Part shown: positions 1 to 9,780 of the stretch, in pieces | How positions within the stretch are numbered: the stretch's first letter is position 1 | How the letters are laid out: the number at the start of each line of letters is the position of its first letter | Assembly: GCA_965228875.1 (NCBI GenBank) | Contig: OZ245843.1 | Location: forward strand, 372,001-436,000 | Length of the DNA stretch: 64,000 nt | Direction: 5' to 3' | Source: Thalassobaculaceae bacterium | Lineage (GTDB): Bacteria; Pseudomonadota; Alphaproteobacteria; Thalassobaculales; Thalassobaculaceae | The notes under the pieces: model-generated | Database searches by the model: none | What the model was told of the DNA's origin: nothing | What the model saw: the letters and a program-made list of their open reading frames with translations, nothing else | Translations under genes and position numbers: made by a program

Positions 1-1788
1 TGTCGAGGCCGACGTGTACTCGATCCCCGGCATGGCGCCGAGAACCAGGTCGCCGAGCGGCGCGATGGGAACCACGGTCCCGTCGGCCTGCAGGATGAAC
101 GGCGGGTTGTGGCCGGCATTGGCATAGGACAGGGTCAGCGTCCCCAGGTCGATCACGCCGTAGAAGACCGTGACGAACATCGCCGCGTCGTTCTCGCGCT
201 CAAGCAGCGCATTGACCCGCGTGAGGCACTCGCCGGGATCGCCGCCGTCCAATCCCTCGGCGCGCAGCAGGGTGCGCGAGATCATCATGAACAGGCCGGC
301 GGGAACGCCCTTGCCGGAGACGTCGGCGATCACGACGCCGACCCGGTTCTCATCGATCTGGAAATAGTCGTAGAAGTCGCCGCCGACCTCATAGGCGGCA
401 TGCATCTGACCGACGACGACCACCCGGTCGTTGCGGAGCGGTTCCCGAGGCAGCACCGAGGCCTGCATGTCGTGGGCGATGCGGAGCTCCTGGCGAAGCC
501 GCACCAGGTCGGAATTCTCGCGGAACACCCGCGTGACCGTGTGAAACCAGGGCCGCCACCCGGGCGGCACCCGGGGAAGCCCGGCCGGGCCGACCTCGCC
601 CGCCGCCTTGATGTGCTCCACGAGCTGGCTGGCCGGCCAGACGAACTCGCGGCCGGTCAAGCCGCCGGCGATCAGCAGCATGAGGGTGAGCACCGCGACC
701 AGGGCCAGCATCTCGGGGCCGCGATCGGCGATCAGGCTCGCCAGGATCGTCCAGCGGTCACCCAGGTAGATCAGCACCCACGGGGCGGCCTCCAGGGGTT
801 CGACATAGAGCAGTGTACCGTCCACATCGACGACGCGGCGCAGGGGCACGGCGTCGGCGCGGGCAACGGCCTCCGCGGCGGCAGGCGGCAGCGCCTCGGC
901 GATCCCGGCACCGAGCGGCGCCAGCAGCGTCTCCGTCTCCGGGTGGGCCAGAAGGGTCTTGTCCATCGTGGCGAGCAGCGTGTGCCCGACCGGGTAGTCG
1001 AAGTCGCCGTTGACCCGGTTGAGGTAGCCAAGCGAGATCTCGAACGCGACGACACCGAGATATCGGTCGCGCATATCGACCGGGACCACGAGGTGGAGGG
1101 TGGGTCTATCCTGCGGATCCGTGCCGAACAGCCAGCGGCCCTGACGCTCTGGGTTGGCGGCGGGCATGCCGCTGTCGAGCAGACCGCCACCGCGCACGCC
1201 GGACTGGAAACGATCCGCCTCCGCCTGGGTCGCCGGAAGGATCACGGAAAACCCGAGGCGCGAAACGTAGGCCGCCCGCTCGATGGTCGGCAGCAGCGAG
1301 ACCAGGTAGCGGAACTCCCCGAGCAGGTGCAGCGCCGCGGCCAGTTCGGCGCGCCCGGCCGGACCGACGTCCTCGGCGAGGCCGCCCGCCACCGCCGACG
1401 TGGACGGCACGTCGATGCCGGAGTCCATCCGCAGCGAGATCGCCCCGGACGCGTCCCTGTCGACCGGGGCACCAACCGGGCCCTCGCGCGTCGAATCCCG
1501 AGCCGACTCCAGGGCGGCGGCATAGGCCGATACGGCATCTGCGCGAACCTCCTGGGACCGCTTGGCCACGGCGGAGGCCAGCGCGTCCAGAATAAGGCCG
1601 TGCTCCTTCAGACCGCTCGCGAGAACCTCCCATTCCGCCTTTTCCCGCCGGTCGATCTGGAACATGAAGAACCCGACCGACACCGCCAGAAGGACCGCGT
1701 AGGCGAGGCCCATGACGATGCTGTAGCGCCGTGCCGGCCCGATCCGTCGGGGCGCCGGTTTCCTGGGGGTATCGGTATCGCTGGTCAT
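1..1788 (-). CDS. Membrane-anchored PP2C/SpoIIE (RsbU-type) Ser/Thr protein phosphatase with extracytoplasmic sensor region; 3' end runs off the left edge
   Basis: Not in the ORF track because its stop lies outside the window. Translated by hand from ATG 1788: N-terminal TM (YSIVMGLAYAVLLAVSVGFFMF), periplasmic region, second TM, then ELRIAHDMQASVLP...EVGGDFYDYF...VIADVSGKGVPAGLFM...MFVTVFYG...YANAGHNPP, which are SpoIIE phosphatase motifs. Confidence 0.9.
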   Translation of the reverse strand, partial: MTSDTDTPRKPAPRRIGPARRYSIVMGLAYAVLLAVSVGFFMFQIDRREKAEWEVLASGLKEHGLILDALASAVAKRSQEVRADAVSAYAAALESARDSTREGPVGAPVDRDASGAISLRMDSGIDVPSTSAVAGGLAEDVGPAGRAELAAALHLLGEFRYLVSLLPTIERAAYVSRLGFSVILPATQAEADRFQSGVRGGGLLDSGMPAANPERQGRWLFGTDPQDRPTLHLVVPVDMRDRYLGVVAFEISLGYLNRVNGDFDYPVGHTLLATMDKTLLAHPETETLLAPLGAGIAEALPPAAAEAVARADAVPLRRVVDVDGTLLYVEPLEAAPWVLIYLGDRWTILASLIADRGPEMLALVAVLTLMLLIAGGLTGREFVWPASQLVEHIKAAGEVGPAGLPRVPPGWRPWFHTVTRVFRENSDLVRLRQELRIAHDMQASVLPREPLRNDRVVVVGQMHAAYEVGGDFYDYFQIDENRVGVVIADVSGKGVPAGLFMMISRTLLRAEGLDGGDPGECLTRVNALLERENDAAMFVTVFYGVIDLGTLTLSYANAGHNPPFILQADGTVVPIAPLGDLVLGAMPGIEYTSAST

Positions 1789-1807
1789 GGGAAACCGGGA
1801 GCGGGGA

Positions 1808-3040
1808 TCAGTTGACGAACTCGACCGGCTGGCCGAATGCGCGCACCTGCCTGCCGTCGTAATTGTAGATGAATGTCGCCGCCTCCATGAACCGGAAGGG
1901 AATCCGAAGTCCGATCTGACGCGCGATACGGAAGTTGATGGCCAGATCGGGCGGCGTCACGATCCCGACGGGGAGGGAGCCGGGGTCCACACCTTCGGTC
2001 AGGATGTCGATGGCGTAGAAAGCCGACAGCTGAACCGCGGTGGACTGGTTGATGCCGATCGACACCACGGCGCTGTCGTCGCCGCTGCGGACGACGTCGG
2101 GGAGTGTCGAGATGACCGGCGCATGGCCGGCGAGCCCGTTTATCAGGCCGATCCGCTGATAGACGGAGGTCGATCCCGTCACGATCCAGGCGCTCGCCGA
2201 GAGGTCCGGATCCGACGCCTCCATGTGCTGGCGGGCGGTCGCCATGCCGGCCACAAGGTCCGCTTCCAACGGGTCGCCGTCGCGCACCGCGACGTCGTGG
2301 ACCGTCAGGCCGAACTCGTCCGCCAGGTCGTGGAGGGGGGCGACCTGGGTCTCGACCGCGCTGAGGTTCGACGACGCGTAGAGCACGCCGACGTTCTTCA
2401 GGTCCGGCAACAGCTGAAGCAGGTAGCTGACGAAGAGGCGTATCGGCACCGTGTTCGAGGTGTAGGCGATGTTGCTGCCGCTGCCCGCTTGGTAGTCCGG
2501 CATCTGGCCCAGCAGCACGGGATCCTTCGCCGAATTCGTGACGACGGGTAACCGTGCGCCCGAGTAGGTTTCGTGCAGGAACGCCGCGGCCCGGGAGCCG
2601 ACCGGCATGATCAGGTCAACACCGTTCGTCTCCGCCCAGTCGACCGCCTCCTGCGCGATGGAGTCGTCGTTTCCGTAGAGCCATATCTCGAACTGCGCGG
2701 GGATACCCTGTTGCCGGAACGCCTCCATGACGACATCGACGCCGATCGAGTAGGCGGCGACGGACTTGAAGGGGATCAGCATGAGCAGCCGGAACCGGGC
2801 CGGATCGTCGGTCCAGGCCGGGGCCGCACGCAGGCGCGCCGTATCGCTCGGATCGGCCGATATCCGGTAGTGCTCCTGCGTGGCCGCCTGGAACTCCAGC
2901 CAGTCGAGCACAGGGCGGGTGTCGTCGGCCGTCGCCCTGCCGCCGCCGGTCGCCGCGACGCCAACCAGAACGACGGCACAAATCATCAATTTCCGCGCGA
3001 ACGCGAGCGTCACGGAGACCGTCCTCCCATCGAGACACAT
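1808..3040 (-). CDS. ABC-type substrate-binding protein (ABC_sub_bind-like, type I periplasmic fold)
   Basis: Signal-like N-terminus; VDLIMPVGSRAA, PVVTNSAKDPV, LLPDLKNVGVLY, LAINFRIARQIGLRIP. Start uncertain (3040 or 2986). Confidence 0.75.
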   Translation of the reverse strand: MCLDGRTVSVTLAFARKLMICAVVLVGVAATGGGRATADDTRPVLDWLEFQAATQEHYRISADPSDTARLRAAPAWTDDPARFRLLMLIPFKSVAAYSIGVDVVMEAFRQQGIPAQFEIWLYGNDDSIAQEAVDWAETNGVDLIMPVGSRAAAFLHETYSGARLPVVTNSAKDPVLLGQMPDYQAGSGSNIAYTSNTVPIRLFVSYLLQLLPDLKNVGVLYASSNLSAVETQVAPLHDLADEFGLTVHDVAVRDGDPLEADLVAGMATARQHMEASDPDLSASAWIVTGSTSVYQRIGLINGLAGHAPVISTLPDVVRSGDDSAVVSIGINQSTAVQLSAFYAIDILTEGVDPGSLPVGIVTPPDLAINFRIARQIGLRIPFRFMEAATFIYNYDGRQVRAFGQPVEFVN

Positions 3041-3173
3041 GGGTTTCGTACCGGCCGACTGTTCCACACGCGACCAGCCGCAGCAACTCGTTAGGTCCAC
3101 GCCCGGGGAGACGACTCCGACTTGCATCGCCTTGGGGCTGACCTATTCTGCCGATCCTGAAAGGTGCGCCCGA

Positions 3174-4349
3174 ATGAGCCAGCAGATCCAAGAGAGCTTG
3201 CCGGAATCCGGCCCGAAGTCGCAGACGGGTCCGATCCGGCGCGCGCGCCGACGCCTTGCCGCGGTCTCGTGCCTCCTGCTTGTCGGGTTTCTCGCCCTCG
3301 GTGGCGCTTGGTGGATGCTGGCCTCCGCACGCTTCGACGAGGAACGCGTGCGAACCGAGGCTGAGACCATCCACAACGCCATGGCCGGGATGCTGGCCAT
3401 GGGGCTGCCGGTTTCGGACTTCATCGGTTTCCACGCCGCGAGCGACCGGGTGCTCAGGTTCGATCCGACGGTGCGGGCCGTCGAGATCGCCGACCAGGCG
3501 GGTCGGGTGGTCCTGCGCAATCCCGAGACCTTCGAGGCGTCGACGCTCGGCTGGTACGACGGCGCCGGTCCAAGGGCGGACCCGGCGGCTGCGGATATCC
3601 GCCACCAGGGATGGCAGTCCCGGTTCTCGTTGCCGGTCACCGGCCGGTTCGGGCCGTCCGGCAGCGTCGTCGTCTACTTCGAGCATGAGATCGTCGCCGA
3701 GTTCGGCAGAAGCACGGCAATCGCCGGGCTCGCGGCCATGGTGCTGCTGGCGATCGGGATTGCGGTGCATGCGACCGTCCTGGCGAATCCGGAGGTGTTC
3801 CGCTCGTACCGGGAGATGGCGACCCTCTACGGGGTCACCTGTGTGATCGGCCTCGGCGTGGTCGGCGCAACCATTTTCGGCCTCGGGGCCGCGAAGGCGG
3901 TCGAGACGGCGAACGCCTACGGGGAGTCGCTCGGCTCGCGCATCGGCGACGCCATGGCATTGGGGATCGATCCGATCGATCTGGTCGGCCTCGACGAGGT
4001 GATCCGGGAGTATCGGGAGTCCAACGACATCATCTCCTACGTGGCTCTGCTCGAAGGCAATCGCATCGTCGCCGCCGCCGGCCTGGAGGATGCGACCGAC
4101 CGTTGGCTCAGGCCGGATGGGGAGTTCGACGCCGTCATTGAGGTCCGCCCCCGTCGCCTCTACCGGCCTCAGTACCGGGTCGCCGTCGGGATCCCGCTGG
4201 CGCCGGTCGCCGGAATTCTCTGGCGGAGCGGGTCGGTCGCCATGCTCGGCGCTCTGGCGCTGACCGTCATCGGCTTTGCTCTCCTGGCCTGGATCCGCGT
4301 GCCCGCGCCTTCTGCAAGCCTTCCCGAAGCGGCCCATGCGACGGCATAG
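3174..4349 (+). CDS. Hypothetical multi-pass membrane protein made of two tandem TM-periplasmic-TM modules
   Basis: Four hydrophobic stretches; internal repeat GMLAMGLPVSDFIGF...DPTVRAVEI vs DAMALGIDPIDLVGL...NDIISYVAL; ATG 3174 chosen within ORF 2880..4349. Confidence 0.7.
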   Translation: MSQQIQESLPESGPKSQTGPIRRARRRLAAVSCLLLVGFLALGGAWWMLASARFDEERVRTEAETIHNAMAGMLAMGLPVSDFIGFHAASDRVLRFDPTVRAVEIADQAGRVVLRNPETFEASTLGWYDGAGPRADPAAADIRHQGWQSRFSLPVTGRFGPSGSVVVYFEHEIVAEFGRSTAIAGLAAMVLLAIGIAVHATVLANPEVFRSYREMATLYGVTCVIGLGVVGATIFGLGAAKAVETANAYGESLGSRIGDAMALGIDPIDLVGLDEVIREYRESNDIISYVALLEGNRIVAAAGLEDATDRWLRPDGEFDAVIEVRPRRLYRPQYRVAVGIPLAPVAGILWRSGSVAMLGALALTVIGFALLAWIRVPAPSASLPEAAHATA

Positions 4350-4452
4350 CACGGGGAGCCGTCCCGGTACGCTGGGTCCAAGACGCGTTCAAGGGCGGTG
4401 GCACAGAGGCTGAACCAGGGTTCGGATCAGTTCGATCTGAAGCGATCGCACT

Positions 4453-5628
4453 CTATGCGCCGGCACTTTCGGCCCATGCGGCAAGCATGCCCTCGAGATC
4501 CGTCCAGAGATCCTCGGGGTCCTCGAGACCGATGCTGATCCGTACGAGCGGCCCGTCATGGGGCCACGGGTTGACGGTCCGGTCGGACGCCACCGATGCC
4601 GGAGCGACGAGACTGCGGGTGCCGCCCCAAGAGGCCCCGATCGCAAACACTCCGAGAGCCGAGAGCGCCGACTTCAGTCCGTGATCCGGCCCGTTTCTCA
4701 GGACGATGCTGAACACGCCCGACGCGCCGGCGAAGTCGCGGCGCCAGATCGCGTGCCCCGAACAGGAGGGCAGGGCCGGGTGCAGGACCAGATCGACCGC
4801 GGGGTGACCCTCGAGGCGCCGTGCGAACTCCAGCGATACCCGGCCGACATGGGCGAGGCGTACCCCCATCGTCTCCAGCCCGCGGAGTGCCAGCGCGGCC
4901 TCGTCCGGCGACACGCCGACGCCCAGGTCGCGCAGGACCAGCTTGATCTTCTCCCGCAGCGCGATGTCGGTGACGGTGATCGATCCCATGAGCAGGTCCG
5001 AATGGCCGCCGACATACTTGGTCAGCGCTTCGACCGCGAAGTCGGCGCCGTGGGCCAATGGTTTGAACAGCAGCGGCGTGGCCCAGGTGTTGTCGCATCC
5101 GACCAGGACGCCCCGGCGTTTGGCCGCCGCGGCGATCGCCGAGACGTCCTGCACCTCCATCGTCCCGGATCCGGGGGACTCGACCCAGACCAGCCTGGTC
5201 GTGGGCTGGATCAGCGCGTCGATCTCCTCGCCGATCATCGGATCGTAGATCGTATGGGTGACGCCGCGCGGCGCCAGGTAGTTCCGGCAGAGGCTGCGCA
5301 CCGGACCGTAGGCATTGTCCGGAACCAGCACATGATCTCCCGGCTCAAGAACGCTGAGCATCACCATGCTGATCGCCGCCTGACCGGACGGCACCAGGAT
5401 GGTCCGCGCACCACCGTGCAGCGCCGTCAGCTGCGCTTCCAGGGTGCGGGTGGTCGGGGTGCCATGGAGGCCGTAGGTGTAGTCGTCGAAGCCGCGGCCG
5501 CTGCGGGAAAGAAATGACTCGGCGTCGTCGTAGACGATGGTCGACGCGCGGTAGGTCGGCACAGCGAGGCTGGCGAAGCCATCGAGCGGGGCGGGCGGGT
5601 GCTGGACACAGCGGGTATGGTCACGCAT
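4453..5628 (-). CDS. metC: Cystathionine beta-lyase (Cys/Met PLP-dependent family)
   Basis: PTYRASTI, YTYGLHGTPT, PSGQAA, VWVESPGS, DNTWATP, EALTKYVGGHSD (PLP lysine), GASWGG, RISIGLED; GAGGAG RBS before ATG 5628. Confidence 0.88.
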   Translation of the reverse strand: MRDHTRCVQHPPAPLDGFASLAVPTYRASTIVYDDAESFLSRSGRGFDDYTYGLHGTPTTRTLEAQLTALHGGARTILVPSGQAAISMVMLSVLEPGDHVLVPDNAYGPVRSLCRNYLAPRGVTHTIYDPMIGEEIDALIQPTTRLVWVESPGSGTMEVQDVSAIAAAAKRRGVLVGCDNTWATPLLFKPLAHGADFAVEALTKYVGGHSDLLMGSITVTDIALREKIKLVLRDLGVGVSPDEAALALRGLETMGVRLAHVGRVSLEFARRLEGHPAVDLVLHPALPSCSGHAIWRRDFAGASGVFSIVLRNGPDHGLKSALSALGVFAIGASWGGTRSLVAPASVASDRTVNPWPHDGPLVRISIGLEDPEDLWTDLEGMLAAWAESAGA

Positions 5629-5842
5629 GGCTGACTCCTCGGTTGCCGGGAGGAGGTATCGCTGCGTTGCCGTGCCGTCCACTGACCCGCGCACATGGGT
5701 TCATGCGGAAACCTGATGGCCGGCGGATCTCGGAGCGGGATTGATTCGGGCCGGATCGATGCGTGTCTTGGGTTGTGATATAAGCATATGAAAATAAGCA
5801 GTAATTTTGCGGTCAGAAGTCTCCATCCGATCGTGGTCCGGT

Positions 5843-6718
5843 CTAACGCGCGGCCATGAGAGCATCGATGAAGTCGCGCAGGATCGCCGATTTCGGTCGG
5901 TCTGCGGGCAGGATTAGCAGGCTTCGCACCTGCACGCCCGGCTCGAACCGGCGCAGGGCGACGCGGGCGGGATCGAGTCCTTCGACAGACACGGGGCTCA
6001 CGATGCCGACGCCGACGCCTTCCGCCACCAGCGCGTACAGTGTCGAGGCGTAGATCGTCTCCACGACCACTCTCGGTCTCACACCGGCGGTCTCGAGTAT
6101 GGCACCGAGCCGCTGGCGGCCGCGATCCTCGGGCACATAGGCGACGAAAGGCATGTCATGCAGATCGGCCGGTTCGATCACCTCCTTGTCCGCCAGGGGA
6201 TGACCGACCGGCATCGCGCACAGGGCGTCCCGCGACAGGAACACCTGGTGATCGACGCCGCTCACGTCGATCTCGTCGGCGGCCAGTCCGACATCGAACT
6301 GTCCCGACGCAACCAGATCGCGGACCTCGCGCGACGGCAGGACGAGCAGCGTGATCCGCACGTCGCGATGACGCTCGCGGAACCGCGCGATGGCTCTCGG
6401 CACCAGCGACCCGCCCAGGGCGGAGAGCGACGCGACCCGCAATTCGCCCGACCCGCGGTCGCGAATGCGGGCGGCCGACGCTCGGATCGTATCGACCCCC
6501 AGGAACGCCGCCTCAACGTCCTTGTACAGAAGGCGCGCCTCCGGCGTCGGAACGAGGCGGTTGCGGATGCGGGCGAACAGGTCGAAGCCGATCGCGCGCT
6601 CCAGTTCGGCGATGGTGCGGCTCACGGCGGGTTGCGTGACGCCAAGCGTCTCCGCCGCGCGCGATGCGCTTCCGCAACGCATCACCGCGGCGAACGTCTC
6701 GATCTGACGCAGGTTCAC
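5843..6718 (-). CDS. LysR-family transcriptional regulator
   Basis: GTG start, NLRQIETF...SASRAAETLGVTQPAVSRTIAELE HTH, LFARIRNRLVPTPEA. Confidence 0.92.
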   Translation of the reverse strand: MNLRQIETFAAVMRCGSASRAAETLGVTQPAVSRTIAELERAIGFDLFARIRNRLVPTPEARLLYKDVEAAFLGVDTIRASAARIRDRGSGELRVASLSALGGSLVPRAIARFRERHRDVRITLLVLPSREVRDLVASGQFDVGLAADEIDVSGVDHQVFLSRDALCAMPVGHPLADKEVIEPADLHDMPFVAYVPEDRGRQRLGAILETAGVRPRVVVETIYASTLYALVAEGVGVGIVSPVSVEGLDPARVALRRFEPGVQVRSLLILPADRPKSAILRDFIDALMAAR

Positions 6719-6845
6719 ACGCCACTCCGTCCTGGATCCCGCCCAACCGGGACACTGTACCGTGGAGCGTCGTCCAGGGGCCATTCAGAGTGCTGGGAAC
6801 CGCTGTCGACGGGCCGTCGCCCGCGACCGGTGGCTTCGGGACGGC

Positions 6846-7748
6846 TTACCCGTCCTCGCTCAGATGCGCGCCCCCGGTCCCATCGGCGGCGATGAACCAG
6901 TCGCCGAGGGTGGAGGAGGTGACGAACACCGTGTCGGACCGGGCCTGAATCAGGTCCAGGGTGCGCTCGAAATAGTGCGCCACATGGGGCACGCCGATCA
7001 GGTGCGGATGAAGGGCGAGGGTCATGACCCGCGGGTTCTCTTCAAGCTCCCGCTCAAGGGTCGCGAGCGTTGCCTCGACCCGCTTCAGGAACTCGTCGGT
7101 CGAGCCGTTCTGCACCGCGTAGATCGGCACGTCGTTCAGCTCCATCGTGTAGGGCAGGCCGACCATGGGGCCGTGGGCGGTGCGCATCCAGACCGGCAGA
7201 TCGTCGACCACCCAGTCGTGCAGGAACTCGATCCCCTCCGCCTTGAGATGGTCGACCGTGTCGAAGCTCTCGCCGAGGCCGGGGCCGAGCCAGGCGCGGG
7301 GCCGGTTGCCGCCGACTTCGGCCAGCCGGTCGAGGCTCTTGGCGATCACCGCCCGCTCGTCGTCGGCCTGCTTCAGCGACTGCTGGAACCAGCCATGGCC
7401 GACCAGTTCCCACTTGGCCTCGACCACGGCGTCCATCAGCGCCGGATAGGCGTCGGCGACCTGGGCGTTGATCAGGGCCGAGGCGGGCAGGCCTCGCTCG
7501 CGCAACATCCGCAGGAGTCGGGGCATGCCACAGCGCAGCCCGTACTCGACCCAGGAGAAGTTGGGCACGTCCGGCGGCGCGATCTGGGCGCCGTGGGGCG
7601 GCGGGATGATGCCGCGCGGCATCGGCCGGTCGATCGGCCAGTACTCGATGTTCACGGCCACGTGGACCATGAGCGGCTTGCCGTCCAGCGGCTCCAGGCG
7701 CTTGCGCTGGTTGGACAGCTCGAAGGGAATGCGCGGATTCGGCCACAT
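6846..7748 (-). CDS. Polysaccharide deacetylase/PuuE allantoinase-like hydrolase (CE4 fold)
   Basis: VAVNIEYW, EYGLRCG, ELVGHG, PRAWLGPG, DDLP, LPYTMELND, LALHPHLIG. Confidence 0.85.
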   Translation of the reverse strand: MWPNPRIPFELSNQRKRLEPLDGKPLMVHVAVNIEYWPIDRPMPRGIIPPPHGAQIAPPDVPNFSWVEYGLRCGMPRLLRMLRERGLPASALINAQVADAYPALMDAVVEAKWELVGHGWFQQSLKQADDERAVIAKSLDRLAEVGGNRPRAWLGPGLGESFDTVDHLKAEGIEFLHDWVVDDLPVWMRTAHGPMVGLPYTMELNDVPIYAVQNGSTDEFLKRVEATLATLERELEENPRVMTLALHPHLIGVPHVAHYFERTLDLIQARSDTVFVTSSTLGDWFIAADGTGGAHLSEDG

Positions 7749-7770
7749 GGCGGCGGTCTCCTGTCGGCGG

Positions 7771-8868
7771 TCAGTTTACGTGGAGGCGCAGGGCACCCGG
7801 CTTCCACCGCAGGTGCACGGGCGTGCCGGCATCGGGGGACGGTGTGTCGCTCTCGCCGATCACGCGCGCGACCACTTCCGTCCCGTCGGCCAGCGCCACG
7901 CGGTGCGAGGTGGTGAGGCCGAGGTAGACGCTCTCGGTATATCTGCCGGACAGGGTGCCGCCGGCGGATGAGCCGTTGCCGTCGCCGCCGGTCACCATCT
8001 CGGCAAGCTCCGAGCGGATCGACAGGGCTACGGTGTCGCCGGCCCGCACCGCGAGGCCGCGCCGGTCGACCGTCAGGCCCTGGCCGCAAACCTCCACCGC
8101 CACCACGTCGCCGTCGACCGCCGTGACGGTGCCGGAGAGCAGGTTGTTCTCGCCGACGAAGCTGGCGGTGAATCGCCGCTCCGGCGTCCGGTAGATGTCG
8201 CGGGCCGCTCCATGCTCCACCAGTTCGCCGTTGGCGATCAGGGCGATCCGGTCGGCCACCGTCATCGCCTCCTCCTGGTTGTGGGTGACATGGATGAAGG
8301 TGATGCCGACCTTCTCCTGCAAGTGTTTCAGTTCCAGGCACATGTCCTTGCGGAGTTGGGCGTCGAGCGCGGCCAGGGGCTCGTCGAGAAGCAGGATATT
8401 GCGCCCCAGAACCAGCGCGCGGGCCAACTGCACGCGCTGCTGCTGGCCACCGGAAAGCTCGTGCGGGCGGCGGTCCTCATAGCCCTTGAGACCGACCATC
8501 TCGAGCATGGCCATGCTCTTGTCCCGCACCTCGGCCTTGGGCAGACGGGCCAGGCTGAGCCCGTAGCCGACGTTGCCGAGCACGGTCATGTGGGGAAACA
8601 GCGCATAGGACTGGAACACCATGGCCGTCGGGCGCTTGTCGGGCGGCAGGTGCGAGACCTCCGCCCCGTTCAGCCACACCTGACCGCTGGTCGGCTTGTG
8701 GAAGCCGCCGATGGTGCGCAGCAGCGTCGTCTTGCCGCCACCGGACGGGCCGAGCAGCACGAAGTACTCCCCTGCCGCGATCGTCAGGTCGACCGACTTC
8801 AGCGCCTGGACGCTGCCGTAGTGCTTGGAAAGCTGCCGCACCTGCACGGCGGGAATGGTCTCGTTCAT
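7771..8868 (-). CDS. ABC transporter ATP-binding protein, PotA-like
   Basis: GPSGGGKTT, MVFQSYALFPH, LSGGQQQR, LLLDEP, VTHNQEEA, C-terminal TOBE-like region. Confidence 0.93.
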   Translation of the reverse strand: MNETIPAVQVRQLSKHYGSVQALKSVDLTIAAGEYFVLLGPSGGGKTTLLRTIGGFHKPTSGQVWLNGAEVSHLPPDKRPTAMVFQSYALFPHMTVLGNVGYGLSLARLPKAEVRDKSMAMLEMVGLKGYEDRRPHELSGGQQQRVQLARALVLGRNILLLDEPLAALDAQLRKDMCLELKHLQEKVGITFIHVTHNQEEAMTVADRIALIANGELVEHGAARDIYRTPERRFTASFVGENNLLSGTVTAVDGDVVAVEVCGQGLTVDRRGLAVRAGDTVALSIRSELAEMVTGGDGNGSSAGGTLSGRYTESVYLGLTTSHRVALADGTEVVARVIGESDTPSPDAGTPVHLRWKPGALRLHVN

Positions 8869-8881
8869 CGACGCTCTCTCA

Positions 8882-9769
8882 TCAGGCGGGTGCGTTGGGT
8901 TCGGCGACGGGCAGGGTCTTGCGGGCCTCGGCCTCGGAGCGCAGCAGCGTAAAGACGATGATGCTGCCGATGATCGCGATGGCGACGAAGCTCACGAAGC
9001 TCGACATGGCGTAGGACTGCTCCGACATGCCCTCGTTCAGCATCTGACTGACCAGGACGGTGGTGAAGGTGTCGAATCCGCCCTTCAGCAGGCTGGTGCG
9101 CGTGTACTCGTTGAAGGACAGGATGATGGTGAAGGCGCACGCGCTGAACACGCCGGCGCGGATCTGCGGGAACTCGATATCCCAGAACGCCCGCCAGCCC
9201 GACGCGCCGCAGGACCGCGCCGCTTCCGTCTGTTCGATGTTGTAGCGGCCCATGGTGATCAGGATCACCACGAAGGCGTAGGGGATCGTGTAGATGATCA
9301 GCCCGACCAGGGCGGTGCCGAAGCCGAGTTGGAACCAGCCGTCGAGGAAGGTCACTCCCCCCAGATCGCCGATCCATTTCATCACGAAATTCAGGTTCTT
9401 GAAGAACACCAGCAGGGCGGCGCTGAGGATGTCCGGCGCGACGAACAGCGGGGCGAGCATCAGGAAGACGACGGGAACCTTGGCCCGCGTCGCCTTGTAG
9501 AACTTGGCCGCCAGCAGGGCCATGGGGATGGTCAGCACCATCGTCGCCACCGCCAGCGACAGCGTCCAGCGCAGCGCGTTCATGAGCTGAGCATCGGCGA
9601 AGATCAGCCCGTACCAGCGGGTGGTGAAGACATAGTGCGCCGCGCCGAACCCGTTCTCGTTGAACGAGATGTACATGACGTAGAACACCGGGCTCATCAG
9701 TGTCGCCACGACGAGGAGCAGGTAGGCCCACTTGGCCCGATGCAGCCAGACATTCGCGTAATCGTCCAC
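8882..9769 (-). CDS. ABC transporter permease, PotC-like
   Basis: Multiple TMs; EAA loop EAARSCGAS. Confidence 0.88.
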   Translation of the reverse strand: MDDYANVWLHRAKWAYLLLVVATLMSPVFYVMYISFNENGFGAAHYVFTTRWYGLIFADAQLMNALRWTLSLAVATMVLTIPMALLAAKFYKATRAKVPVVFLMLAPLFVAPDILSAALLVFFKNLNFVMKWIGDLGGVTFLDGWFQLGFGTALVGLIIYTIPYAFVVILITMGRYNIEQTEAARSCGASGWRAFWDIEFPQIRAGVFSACAFTIILSFNEYTRTSLLKGGFDTFTTVLVSQMLNEGMSEQSYAMSSFVSFVAIAIIGSIIVFTLLRSEAEARKTLPVAEPNAPA

Positions 9770-9780
9770 GATCCCGCCTC

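Noticed and set aside
109..1815. 568-aa plus-strand ORF
   Set aside because: Antisense shadow of the PP2C phosphatase gene; it has no recognisable motifs
5629..5842. SAM riboswitch upstream of metC
   Set aside because: No SAM-II/SAM-alpha consensus is recognisable; there is only an AT-rich promoter-like patch
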